Assembly: GCA_951406725.2 (NCBI GenBank)
Contig: OX597816.1
Span: forward strand, 29,884,001 to 29,948,000
Direction: 5' to 3'
DNA length: 64,000 bases
From: Octopus vulgaris
Lineage: Eukaryota
A program made the position numbers and the translations under genes. A model generated the notes under the pieces. The model was not told the origin of the DNA, searched no databases, and was given only the letters and a program-made list of their open reading frames with translations. Shown one piece after another: positions 51,978 through 64,000 of this stretch (the stretch's first letter is position 1; every line of letters starts with the position of its first letter).

Positions 51978-52537
51978 GGCGTAGGAGTGGCTGTGTGGTG
52001 AGTAGCTTGCTTACCAACCACATGGTTCCGGGTTCAGTCTCACTGCGTGGCACCTTGGGCAAGTGTCTTCTACTATAGCCGACTAAAGCCTTGTGAGTGG
52101 ATTTGGTTGACGGAAACTGGAAGACGCCCGCCGTATATGTATATATATGTACATTATGTGTCTGTGTGTCTGTGTTTGTCCCTCCCCCCCCCCAACATCG
52201 CTTGACAACCGATGGTGGTGTGTTTACGTCCCCGTAACTTAGCGGTTCGGCAAAAAGAGACCGATAGAATAAGTACTAGGCTTCCAAAGAATAAGTCCTG
52301 GGGTCGATTTGCTCGACTAAAGGCGGTGCTCCAGCATGGCCACAGTCAAATGACTGAAACAAGTAAAAGAGTAAAGAGTATATATGCAGGCGCAGGCGTG
52401 GCTGTGTGGTAAGAAGCTTGCTTCCCAACCATATGGTTCTGGGTTCAGTTCTACTGCGTGACACCTTGGGCAACTGTCTTCAAATACATCCCCCGGCCTT
52501 ATGAGTGGATTTCGTAGACGGCAACTGAGAGAACTCG

Positions 52538-52614
<77 letters not shown>

Positions 52615-52870
52615 TTGTATGTATGTGGTGTCTTTGTGTCTGTGTTTGTTCACCCCACCCTAATGAAGGGGATAATTCCAATAATATTCTGTCTATTTGT
52701 AGCACAAGGCGAGAAATTTTAGGAAACTGGGCTAGTCATTTACATCTACCCTGGTTACGTCTCCGTAAATTAGCGTTTCAGCAAAGAGACCGATAAAATA
52801 AGTACTAGGGTCGAAACATTCGACTAAGGATTCATCAAGGTGATGCCCCAGCACGACAATTAAAAGAAAG
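51978..52870 (+). mobile_element. Two tandem family B SINEs (young 51978-52380, older 52389-52870)
   Basis: Both have the head and CORE-like domain. Confidence 0.87.
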
Positions 52871-53009
52871 AAATAAGACATGCATACACACTCATAGATA
52901 CGCACACACACATACACATGCACGCGTGCACGCAACCTTATTCTTCCTAACCAGCCAAACTGAATTTAATGCAAGAAGGGGTTATATTTTCCCTGATAGA
53001 ATGCAGTAT

Positions 53010-54110
53010 CGTATCATCGCCTTTTCAGTGGCCATTCTAATGCAATAGGCTCTTGGTGAAGGAGGGAGTTCGACACAGCTGCCTTCTTTTGAGTTTCTGG
53101 CCGTGATATAGGTTCATCTGGGACCTTGAACAGGAAGATATCAAGTTGTTTCTTGAAAACATTTATCCATACTCCGTGGAGATCGTTCAGACATCTTGGC
53201 AAGATATTAAATAGCTGTAGGTCCTTGAATCCCAGGCTTCTGCAGTACATGGTCCTCAGTCTAGATGGAATAGCTGAGACCTTTGGTAGTGTAGTGACGT
53301 CCAGCTAGGGGTTTAGTATAGCTCTTGATGTCAAAGTTTGGTGCCAACCCTTCTGGGATCTCCCCAACGTATATCACTGCATACCCCTCCCGTCTTCACT
53401 CAAGGTCATAGAGTTATAGCTCTTTCAGTCTCTCCCTGTAGCTTACGTTCCATTGATGCAATCTTCCTGATGTAGCACCGCTGAAGTGCCTCAAGTTCCG
53501 CTATTAATTTAGCACTGTGGGATGACCACAGTTGAGAACAGTAGCGCAGACGGCTGAGTACAAATGTTCTCCAATAAACCAGCATAGTTTCCTGGTCCCT
53601 TATTCTAAAGATTCTCAAAATCCATCCAGTCATTCGCTTGCACACTGCCACCATATTGGTGATATGTACGCGAATCAAGGCGTCGTTGCTCATGTCGATC
53701 CTCAGATCACTCATTGTACTTCATTCTGGCCCAAAGTATTGTCGTTTCGGCATGTGAACACTGGCTTGCTGATAGCGGCGGGCTTGGAATATGCTTACAT
53801 TTAATCGCATGTTGTTTTCTTCAGCTCATTTGTATATGGCATCGATGTCTTTCTGAAAAAGATTAGCATCGGAAGGTTCCTTGACTGCTTGTACTACTTT
53901 TGGGTCGTCAGCATAACAAGTAAGTGTAGTGTGGCTGCCTGAATAATTGATGGCATGTCTGAGAGAGACACCATAAACAGCAGCGACTGCAACACAGCTC
54001 CCTGAGGCACTCCACTCTCTATTACTGTCTCCTTGGAAAGAGCATCTTTAGCTGCCATTGCTTGGCTTCTGTCTTTTAAGACGTCATGTAACCACTCACC
54101 CGATTTTCCA
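53010..54110 (-). mobile_element. CR1-type LINE 3' fragment (RT)
   Basis: SGVPQGAVL..LLF, YADD, GWILRIF...SRLRYCSQLWS...LEALQR, LFNILP...FKKQLDIFL..VPDEP; stops and frameshifts. Confidence 0.88.
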
Positions 54111-54869
54111 TACATACATTCATACATACATACATACATACATACATACATACATACATACATACATACATACATACATACTTACTTACTTACATACATG
54201 CATACATACATACAGACACACACACACACACACAAGCACATACATACACACACATAATACATACATGCATACATACATCATAAACAAACTTTTATCTATA
54301 CATGTTAAACAGTTACTTTGAATTATATATAAATGTCTGCATATGTAGGTGTCTATGTATACATATATGTATGGGTGTATATGTGCACGTGTGTATGTGT
54401 GTGCGAGTGCGTGTGTGTGAGTGTGTGTGTCTGTCTGAGTGCATGTGTGTCTGTATGTATATAAATATGGATACGTATGTGTTTGTATATATCTCAATAT
54501 ATGAAAATATTAGAACGCACGCGAATATATGTATATATACATGTGTGTGTGTGTTAATGTATGAATATATGTGTGTTTGTATGTGCTTATACGTATATAA
54601 ATGAATATATATGCGTGTGTATTTGTATGTGTATGAGTGTGTATGTATGTCGGTGTGTACGTGTAAGTATGTATGTATATATATATATATATATGGGTAA
54701 ATTTATGAATTATGGGATTCTTTATTGCTCTTGAAATATCAACTTAATCCGGTTATGGAATTTGAGAGTATATGGACAATTTCGGATTTATCCTAAATTT
54801 CGTTCTCTAAATATAATAGATTTTTATAGAATAAAATCATTATAGCATTCTTTTGAAATCTCCCTCCCC

Positions 54870-54937
<68 letters not shown>

Positions 54938-55091
54938 ATGTATGTATAAGTATGTGTAAATATATACCTATGCATGTATATATGTATTTATATACGCACA
55001 CGCACGCACTTACACACACACATGCATATATATATATTTATGTACATACATACACACATAAATACATATAAACATATGTGTGTGTGTGTGC

Positions 55092-55152
<61 letters not shown>

Positions 55153-55158
<6 letters not shown>

Positions 55159-56040
55159 GCAGAGAATAAACTGTCGCCTAAATTACTCAAAAAGGAAAAT
55201 AATACTGTTATCTCATTTTAACAGATATATTTACCAGCATTACATAAAAATATCTTAAAATACTAAACAGTAAATTTATTCAATAAAATCGCCATTGGTT
55301 TCAACCACGGCCTCCAGACGACTTCGTAATATTGTGCAACTTTTCTGGATGGTCTCCTTGTTTATGTTGGTTAATGCTACCATAATACTTGTCTTCAGTT
55401 CATCTTTGGTGTTACAAAGGGTTTTGTTGGTCTCTCGCTCAACTGCACCTCATACATAATAATCAAGGCGGTTGCAGTCTGGTGAGCTAGCTGACTAGAT
55501 GTTAGGGGTGATGCTGTCGCAGAAATTGTCTGACAGTAATTACTGGATCTTCCTGCTCATGTGGCATGGTGCAGAGTCCTGTTGCCAGACATAGGGTCTT
55601 CCAGCAGCCATCCTCTTAATCCAGGGCAGTACTACCTCCTCCAGGCACCTGATGTAGATCTCCGTGTTGAGTCTGAGGCCGTGTGCGAAGATGAATGGAG
55701 GCATAACGTTGCCATCACTAGTGACCACTCCAAACACCATGATGTTGGCAGGATGCTTGATTTTTATCACTCTTGGTATATGTTTTGGAGCCACGGCAAT
55801 CAACGGTTGTTTTATATGTTCACCATCTGTTCGTATTGGAGCCTCCGGTGCGAATGCAAGCAGCACAGCATGTTGTTTCCAAAATTCTGGCTTGAGTGAA
55901 TTGAGTCATAGTACTGTTTTTCTAACAGACGGTGCTCAACTAATCTTACTATACTGTGTAGTCGACAAAATCAAAAACAAAAAATAGGCATGCGCAAAAT
56001 TAGAGATATAAAATGGGGAGAATTTACCCGTCGTACCCTG
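55153..56040 (-). mobile_element. DD37D (maT-like) Tc1/mariner relic
   Basis: IMVFGVVTSDG...WQQDSAPCH...SPDCNRLDY with 37 residues between the Asp positions; TA flanks; degenerate TIR CAGGGT...TAAA. Confidence 0.83.
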
Positions 56041-56121
56041 TATGTATGTATGTATGTATGTATGTATGTATGTACTATGTATGTATGTATGTACGTACGT
56101 ACGTATGTATGTATGTACATA

Positions 56122-56171
<50 letters not shown>

Positions 56172-56173
56172 CA

Positions 56174-56508
56174 GGAGCAGGAGTGGCTGCGTGGTAAGAA
56201 ACTTGCTCCCCAACCACATGGTTCCAAGTTCAGCCCCACTACGTTGCACCTTGGGCATGTGTCTTCTACTATAGCCCTGGACCGACCAAAGCCTTGTGAA
56301 TGTATTTGGTAAACGGAAACTGATAGAAGCCCTGCTCGAAATACGTGAATAGAAAAACAAACAACAACTGATGCAGGGTCGTCCTTTATGCTGTTTGTCT
56401 TATTTTCCATTTAAGTCTTTCGATGTTCGAAAAAATAGTTCATATTCCATGTACTCATACTTCGTATTCTTTTCTTTTACACATTTCATGACGTCCTGTG
56501 AACACATA

Positions 56509-56573
<65 letters not shown>

Positions 56574-56715
56574 GTATATATGTATGTATATATGTATATA
56601 TGTATGTGTGTGTGTGTGTGTGTGTGTGTATAGATGTAAGTATGTACATATATATATGTATACACACACACATACATATATATATTTCAATATATTATTT
56701 ATATTATTTATATCA

Positions 56716-56755
<40 letters not shown>

Positions 56756-56985
56756 ATGTATATATGTATGCATGTATTTGTGTCTGTGTTTGTCTTCTCA
56801 CCATCGTTTGAGAACCAATGTAGGTGTGTTTACGTCCCCGTTATCTAGCGGTTCGGCAAAGGTGGCCGATAGAATAAGTACTAAGCTTACTAAGAATAAG
56901 TCCTGAAGTCGATTCGTTCGACTAAAGGCGGTGTTATAGCATGGCCGCAGTCAGATGACTGAAACAAGTAGAAGAATAAAAGAAT
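56174..56985 (+). mobile_element. Family B SINE halves (56174-56335 and ~56770-56985) separated by other sequence
   Basis: Head/CORE half and tail half recognisable. Confidence 0.75.
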
Positions 56986-56997
56986 ATATATATAAAA

Positions 56998-57080
<83 letters not shown>

Positions 57081-57176
57081 TCAGAGTAGAAAAAATTTTA
57101 GAAATTTCTATTACCAGTGGCCTAGCGTGTAGAAAAATTAGTCAGAAGACTATATATTATTCATATAAATACAATG

Positions 57177-57310
57177 TACATTTAAACACATATGAGCTAT
57201 CCATCATAGGATATCTTCGAAATTTGTCCCTAATAGTGGTTAGGATTTTGGCTATTCCTTCTAGCGTGCCAGGTATCCTACGATGGATACTTCTTATGTG
57301 TTTAAATGTA
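57177..57310. repeat. 37-bp imperfect inverted repeat, 60-bp spacer
   Basis: TACATTTAAACACATA...ATCCATCATAGGATA / TATCCTACGATGGAT...TATGTGTTTAAATGTA. Confidence 0.8.
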
Positions 57311-57311
57311 T

Positions 57312-57351
<40 letters not shown>

Positions 57352-57546
57352 CTTGTAAACATTCTTGTAGTTTGATTTCTTTTATAATCTTCTTAAAATT
57401 TTTCTATATAATTATATGATAATATATAATAATTAAGCATTTAATCCCATTAGTTATTTAGTATTTAGGATAATTTAATTGAACATGTTAATGATATAAT
57501 GATGTATTAAACTTAACAGTATCATTATTATTGGTGGTCTTGTTAA

Positions 57547-58130
57547 GGGGGTGAGCTGGCGGAATCGTTAGCTCACCGCTCAAAATGCAGCATTTCCTCT
57601 TGATGTTAAAGTTTGGTGTCAACCCTTCTGGAATATTCCCTACGTATAACAGAACACAACACAAATTAAAGACAACAACGCAACACAGCACAGCACACTG
57701 ACATAATACAAAACAACAGCACAACACAAGAGCAGTACAACACAACAATCTGCATTAGCAGCATTTCATCCGTATTGAAGATCTTATATAAAAACCCGCT
57801 GATGTCGACTTTCCCTTTCATCCTTTCGGGGTCGATAAAATAAGTACTAGTTGAACAGTGTGGTTGATGTAATCGACTCACTCCCTCCTCCAAAATAGCT
57901 GGCCTTGTGCCAAAATTTGAAACGAATATTAATGCGGTGAGATAGCAGAATTGTTTGCACTGGGGGCAAAATCTTTCCGTTCTGGGTTCAAATTCCGCCG
58001 AGGTCGATTTTACCTTTCATCTTTTCAGTAAGATAAGTACCAGTTGAACACTGGCGTTAATCCAATCGACTTAATCACCCTCCACCCTCCACCCGGAATT
58101 GCTGGTTTTGTCCCAAAATTAGAACCCATT
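57547..58130 (+). mobile_element. Two diverged family A SINEs, the first interrupted by an ACAAC-rich repeat
   Basis: Head at 57547, Nin-like domains near 57800 and 58000. Confidence 0.75.
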
Positions 58131-58441
58131 ATTGTTTTTGTTGTTATTGTAGATACTACTGTTATGAACTGACAAAATCATTAATGAAGAAGACGAAATG
58201 ATTGCTTGCATTTCGTCCTTCTTTCTCTGTTTTCCTTCATTTTTTTTCTGTTCATAGATTCGGTGTTGTATAATTTGTATCAGTTACCTCTTAGAGTCAT
58301 GGTAATTCACTATTCGTATCTCCCGAAATTCTCAAGTTGTACATATTCGAATTACATAATATAGTTTTTTTTTTAATTTTATCATAGTTATTTAAATGTT
58401 GTTGCTGTTTATCGTTGTTGTTGTAGTTGTTGCAACTACTT

Positions 58442-58500
<59 letters not shown>

Positions 58501-58621
58501 ACTACCACCACCACCGCCACCACCACCACTACTACTACTACTACCACTATTATTATCATTATATTGAGGCCTTGTGCCTCGAGTAGAAAGGATTATTATC
58601 ATTATTATTATTATAATCATT

Positions 58622-59168
58622 GAGTGAGAGAGCAGTTCATGCCATCAAAGTGACACTGGGGTAAAATATACGAAGCCCAATATGACTACCCGTCTGATAA
58701 AGGTACACCAGGCACATGCATCACAACCATATGTGCGCGACATGGTGGTCTCATATCAAGATAAACAGCACATGACCTTGCAGGTAGGGCCCAGTTAGAA
58801 TTTTCTTCAGGTTGAGTAGCCCATCCCGCTCAAACGGTCCCTGAATAAGGGTTGTTTAAGGATGTTGAAAGAACCACCCATGTTTCCAGAGGTGAACTAT
58901 TCAAACCCCAAAGAATCCCTCTCAACACATGGCTATGATGCTCCCCCACTACTTCTGCTCGTGATCAGAGATGCACATATCGTCAGCCACTAAGGGACAT
59001 GCTCGACTGGTTAAGGTCAAACAACTGACAAGCAAATCTGTGGTATTGAGCAGAATATTTGCTGTAGCCCATCTTTTATACCAAGACAAAACAATGTACA
59101 TGATAATACTTCCAATCAGTTAAGATCAGAAGCCATGAGAGCCACTGCCTGGTACTGCATCAGGGCAT
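58622..59168 (-). mobile_element. ~555-bp (TAA)n-embedded element, copy 2
   Basis: Same ends as 1253-1808; small deletion near 58680. Confidence 0.85.
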
Positions 59169-59174
59169 TTATTA

Positions 59175-59253
<79 letters not shown>

Positions 59254-59604
59254 GATAAATAATATTAATACGCTAACGTTTTGTTTTTGTACTTACCTGT
59301 GTGTCACTTCAAAGAAATGGAAAAGTGAGAGGGAGAGGAGGACAGAAAGGAAGTAAGAGAGGGAGAGTGAAAGAGACAGTGAATGGTAACGGCATTCATC
59401 GCAAGAGAAGTAGATACATAGATACATATACACATTGATAAAGCAAAAGCGGGAGAGAAGAGGGACATAAAGGAAGTGAAAGAGAGAGGGAAGGAGAGAG
59501 AGAGAGAGAGACAGAGAGAGAGAGTAGATACTTAAATCAGTAGATACACACTGCAAATATTGGATATCAATTTCACGTTTGAAGACAACTGAAACAATCC
59601 CAGT

Positions 59605-60335
59605 CAATTTCTTTATTAACCATGAGGTTGAGAAAAAGCGGGGACGATACGCAGTCAGACAAAACAAACATTGGGGTCAGGGTATCGAATGAGACGAAAC
59701 GTATGAATAAACAAACAATTAAAATATATACAACTAAATGAGAATGAGTGATTTACAAAAAAATAGAAGCGGAGGACACGGTCGACCCCACAAACCACAT
59801 ACTCACACTGAAGACTTTGCTTTCTCCTTTTTATATTCTCGATTAAACAGGTTCTTTCACTCGCAACATACTTGCTATAGACTTCCATCTTTTACGAAAC
59901 ACACTTTGCGACAGGCATTTCTTCTCCAGCCTTATTTTCCGTTTCATGTGGAAAACGAAAAAGTCGATTAGCTCGAGACTGGAGATGAACATGCCTGTTG
60001 CAATTCCTTCCATTCTCGTCTTCCATACTACCTCTTTCGCTACAGCAACTACCAAGAGAAAACAGGCTCGCTCCTCCCTATTCAGGGAGGTCGGCGAAAC
60101 GATCTTAATTACAGATTCGCTCGGCAGTCGTACTCTTCTCGACTGCAACAGCAGGTGTTCGACATAAGCCCAAAGCTCAGTCACCTTGGGGCATTGCACA
60201 ATCGCGTGCAGGACAGTTTCCCTGTCCTGCTCGCATCTTACACAAACCGGCAAAGGTGCACACCCATGTCTAAAGAGCTTATCTCGAACCGGTAAAGCTC
60301 CTCTGTAACATTGCTAGGCCAGGAACTTTTAGTAA
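59605..60335 (-). mobile_element. L1/Tx1-clade LINE 3' fragment
   Basis: GALPVRDKL...CVRCEQDRETVLHAIVQC (CCHC zinc finger)...VW..R; 3' UTR ending AATAAAG. Confidence 0.85.
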
Positions 60336-60616
60336 TTATCCATACATACATACACACATGCTCTTGTATGTATATATATGTATGTAATAGTGTATGTGTA
60401 TAGGTATGTATGTATGCATGTATATCAATGAAAGAATGTCACCTCTGCTTGTTTTAAACGCAACTCTCTTGCGATATTTACTCTGTCCGATTTGACGGAT
60501 AACTTTTCTCTCGCGTCGTAGTAAACGAAGTGAGACAATGCTTAACCAATTAGAAAACAGCACCTAATGATGCGCAGGCGACATAAAAAATATAAATAAC
60601 TAACTAAACTTACAAA

Positions 60617-61012
60617 TCTTTATATATAAAAGTCAAGTTGTGTGTCTGTCTCCTACGATTTAGATTCCTAACTACTCCCACATTTTGCGGTGCAGTTTAA
60701 CCAAAACCGGGTATCTTATAGTCGTGATTCATATCGAGCCTTCTGGGTATTAGCGCGCGTCTACGAAAAGTCTACGATTAAAAAAAAAATTTACCATCAT
60801 TTTTTTCCATTTTAATGCCTTTTTTCGCTATTATATAAGGGAAGTAACTCTCTAAAAATGTCTACGATGAGTCAACGATTTAAAAAAAATTTACCATCAT
60901 TTTTTTTCCATTTTTAATGCATTTTTTTGCTATTTTTTTGCTATAACTCTCTAAAAATGCTTATATAGTTATTTCCCTTACAAACCCGAGCAACGCCGGA
61001 TGATACTGCTAG
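60617..61012 (+). mobile_element. Non-autonomous Helitron with an internal ~100-bp tandem repeat
   Basis: A|TCTTTATATATAAAAG...CCCGAGCAACGCCGGA...CTAG|T; termini shared with 41277-41665. Confidence 0.87.
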
Positions 61013-61440
61013 TAATAAATAAAAAATTTCGAACCTTGTCTTTCAGAGATCGATCCTGGACACAAATATCATTTTTACAATGTAATTGTTTTAATTTCTC
61101 TTCCGTCTCCGTGGTATCTTCATCTTCGTCGTCACTTTCTTCATTGAAATGCACTGTGTAAAAGATAATTATATTCTCATACAATTCGGAAATAATTTCT
61201 GCGTCAGCGTAATAACGAAATCCACAAAAGTTTTCAAAAACAAAACAAAAAGAAAAAGAAAACAGTAAAATTAAAATAGAATTAATTTTATTTTTGTAGA
61301 GATAAAAGTAATGATCACTCCAACCCCTCTGATGATGATACTTCGTCAAGAAATGATGAGAGACAAACGTTGAGAAGAAAATATTTTTTACTTCTACGGA
61401 CTTTCCTCTGTGGTTTTTGATGAAATAGTCTGAAGTACTG

Positions 61441-61510
<70 letters not shown>

Positions 61511-61645
61511 TTATTATATAAAATTAATTACTCTGTACTGTTGTGTGCTTTGTTTTTGTTGATATATTTCTGAAATCTGTGAGTAAAAGATGCCTAAAAG
61601 TTCAAATTTATTGGCGGATTACTATGACACGCAAGAAGATTGGTG

Positions 61646-62061
61646 GGATCTTTTCGGTTTGAACGGCAGTTTTTTCTAGCGGTGTCATATGAAATTGTCA
61701 CCTATAATTATGACCCTAGTATCAATCTATTGCATTTCAGTCTGTTTTAGGGTTAGGGTTAGGGTTAGGGGTGGGGGAAGGGTAGCTTTTTTTCTTCTCA
61801 AATGTAAATAAACCCAATCTGTTTCTTAAACGTATTCATACGGCACAGAATTTTTTTTTTCCTCAATAGACGTCAGTGATTGGTTGAAATTGCAGAAATT
61901 GAAGAAAAAAAACAACAAATATCTTACAAACTATAGAATTTTCTCAATAAAGCCGAGAGAAAAAGATGTTTTATAAACACATTCTACCAGTATACGAAGT
62001 TTAAAATTTTTTAGTTACCTAGAAATTATGTTAAAAACTGCCATTCAAACCGAAAAGATCC
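61646..62061 (+). mobile_element. TTAGGG-containing MITE, copy 4
   Basis: TIRs; TSD GATTGGTG/GATTGGTA. Confidence 0.92.
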
Positions 62062-62410
62062 GATTGGTACATAGACATAGGAAAATAAAGACATAAGTAC
62101 AGTGCAGAAAGGATTATAGGAAGAGGCAAACATGGGACAGTAAAGAGGAGGGAATCCATTGATAGGGAGACATGGAAGTAGAAAGAGGAAATGTTGAGGA
62201 AGGCAAAAGGGAACAAAGAGGAATGACAACAGAAGAATATGTGTATAGGGGTACAAAGGGACATAGAGGCAAGAAGGAAACATAGAGAAGAAAAAAAAAC
62301 AGAGTGACAGAGGTTCAGATGCAATAACAGATCAACAGAACACAACTCGAATTAAGACAACAACGCAACACAACACAGCACACTGACATAATACAACACA
62401 ACAGCACAGT

Positions 62411-62860
62411 GGGGGCGCAATGGCTCAGTGGTTAGGGCAGCGAACTCGCGGTCGTAAGAACGCGGTTTCGATTCCCAGACCGGGCATTGTGAGTGTTTAT
62501 TGAGCAAAAAATACCTAAGCTCCACGAGGCTCCGGCGGCGGGGTGAACCCCGCTGTACTCTTTCACCACAACTTTCTCTCACTCTTTCTTCCTACTTCTG
62601 CCACAAAGCAGAGGAACCATGGTGTAACCCACAATGGTGTGGTAAACTTTCAGACCCTCGTCTAGATTGCGAATCCTCTGTACCCCCAGGATGGTTCAGT
62701 TCTCTCCACCCGTTAATAAAGACACCGTTTACGGAATGAGGATAACCACGTAGCTTTCGCGCCCGTGCAACCGCCAGTCTATCGTGTGCGGTGGGTGGTG
62801 GGTCTATCGCGTGTGGTCCCGATTGGAAGAAGAAGAAGAAGAAGAAGAAGAAGAAGAAGA
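62411..62860 (+). mobile_element. Family C SINE head/body followed by a different 3' segment ending in (GAA)n
   Basis: TGGCTCAGTGG A box, TTTCGATTCC B box; diverges from 49965-50241 after ~62595. Confidence 0.7.
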
Positions 62861-63622
62861 AAACACAACACTGCAACACAATACACCAGCACAACACAAT
62901 ATAGTAACATACTGTAATACACAGCAGCAACACCATACGTTAGTACTCACACGTACGGTCGATTTCCGCCCATAATTGTTTTTGCAGTTCATGAGACAAA
63001 ATATATCCTTATAAAGTAACACAAACCCCTAAAATCCAATATTTAACGGTTTTGCCTTTATTATATATAACTACCTATTTATTGGTAATGTTTCAAGGCA
63101 CCGCTTCTGTTTTATGGTGACCATCACTGAAGAAGCCATGTTAGGCATAGCATGAAAAAGTTTCTAAAACTGCTTAAGCATTTAACACAATGAATTGGCA
63201 GGGAGGAATTACAACCAGGAGGAATTACAACCAGGAGGAACCACGTCCGGTTTCGGCCCCTACTCCTCTACCGTTTTGACGTGGCGGGGCCCCTCCTTTC
63301 GGAGGTGTCTTCAGCTTTGGTGTGAGTTAGGCCTCGTGTTATTTTTTCTGACTTTGTGTGCTCCGAGCCCAAATCTCAACGAAGTCATCGCATTTTGACC
63401 ACTCAGAATTCAAAATTCATAGATTCGAAGTCAGATGGGTTTTTAAGTCTACCACATAGGTAGTACGCTTAATTCGTTATCCGGTTTGGTGTCACAATCT
63501 GGCGTTTTAAGTTTCTTTTGCAGAGTCCATTCTATTGCAAGCACTTGGATCGGCACATCGTCTTGAGGATACCGTCTTCTCTCTCACTAATATCGGGGTT
63601 TCTGTAAAGTATCATAAGTACT

Positions 63623-64000
63623 TAATAATAATGAAATTATTGTATACAGTGCTCAGGTGCACCACAACTTGTCAAAAAGTGCGTATAAAGTATATGAAGT
63701 AATGTACAAATGTCTGGAAAGCGAACAATGTATGAGTCAGATACATGCTTGTGTGTGTATGGAGGGGAGAAAATCAGGTGTAGTGTTGGCGAATCTCAGA
63801 AAGCATGGAAGTTTTGAAGGATGCACTGCTCCGACAACTAACAACTGATGCCGGCAGTCTGTTCCATGCTTCAGCAACTCTTAGCGTGAAAAAATGTTTC
63901 CGAAAGTCATAGGAACTGTGCTGTTTTCTTACTTTGTAAACATGTCCACGGGTGTTAGACAGATGGAGTTTGAAAAGGTCGTCAGTGTTATTGTTTGTAA
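63623..64000 (-). mobile_element. CR1 LINE 3' end
   Basis: NTRGHVYKVRKQ...RKHFFTLRVAEAWNRLPASVV...FK* then 3' UTR and (ATT) tail. Confidence 0.9.

Overview
Eukaryotic, AT-rich, microsatellite-saturated DNA made almost entirely of repeats. The SINE families and TTAGGG motifs suggest a cephalopod (Octopus-like) genome, which is inference. No host protein-coding gene can be supported; nearly all listed ORFs are microsatellite read-throughs. Recognisable content: R4/Dong, L1-Tx1, RTE and CR1-type LINE fragments; five Penelope-like element (PLE) fragments (Neptune-, Penelope/Poseidon- and Naiad-like); Tc1, mariner and DD37D relics; two non-autonomous Helitrons; four copies of a TTAGGG-containing MITE with 8-bp TSDs; two copies of a 555-bp element sitting in (TAA)n; and many tRNA-derived SINEs. 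The main hidden signal is RNA structure. Hand folding gives about 12 type I hammerhead ribozyme (HHR) motifs from about 8 sequence families. They include three apparently intact same-strand HHRs at 6.1-7.8 kb (two in a 1213-bp tandem duplication), HHR pairs in long inverted repeats, two Neptune-linked HHRs with a covariant U3-A8 core (UUGANAA), and a tRNA-headed Penelope terminal repeat. All folds are by eye and untested; boundaries of decayed elements are approximate.
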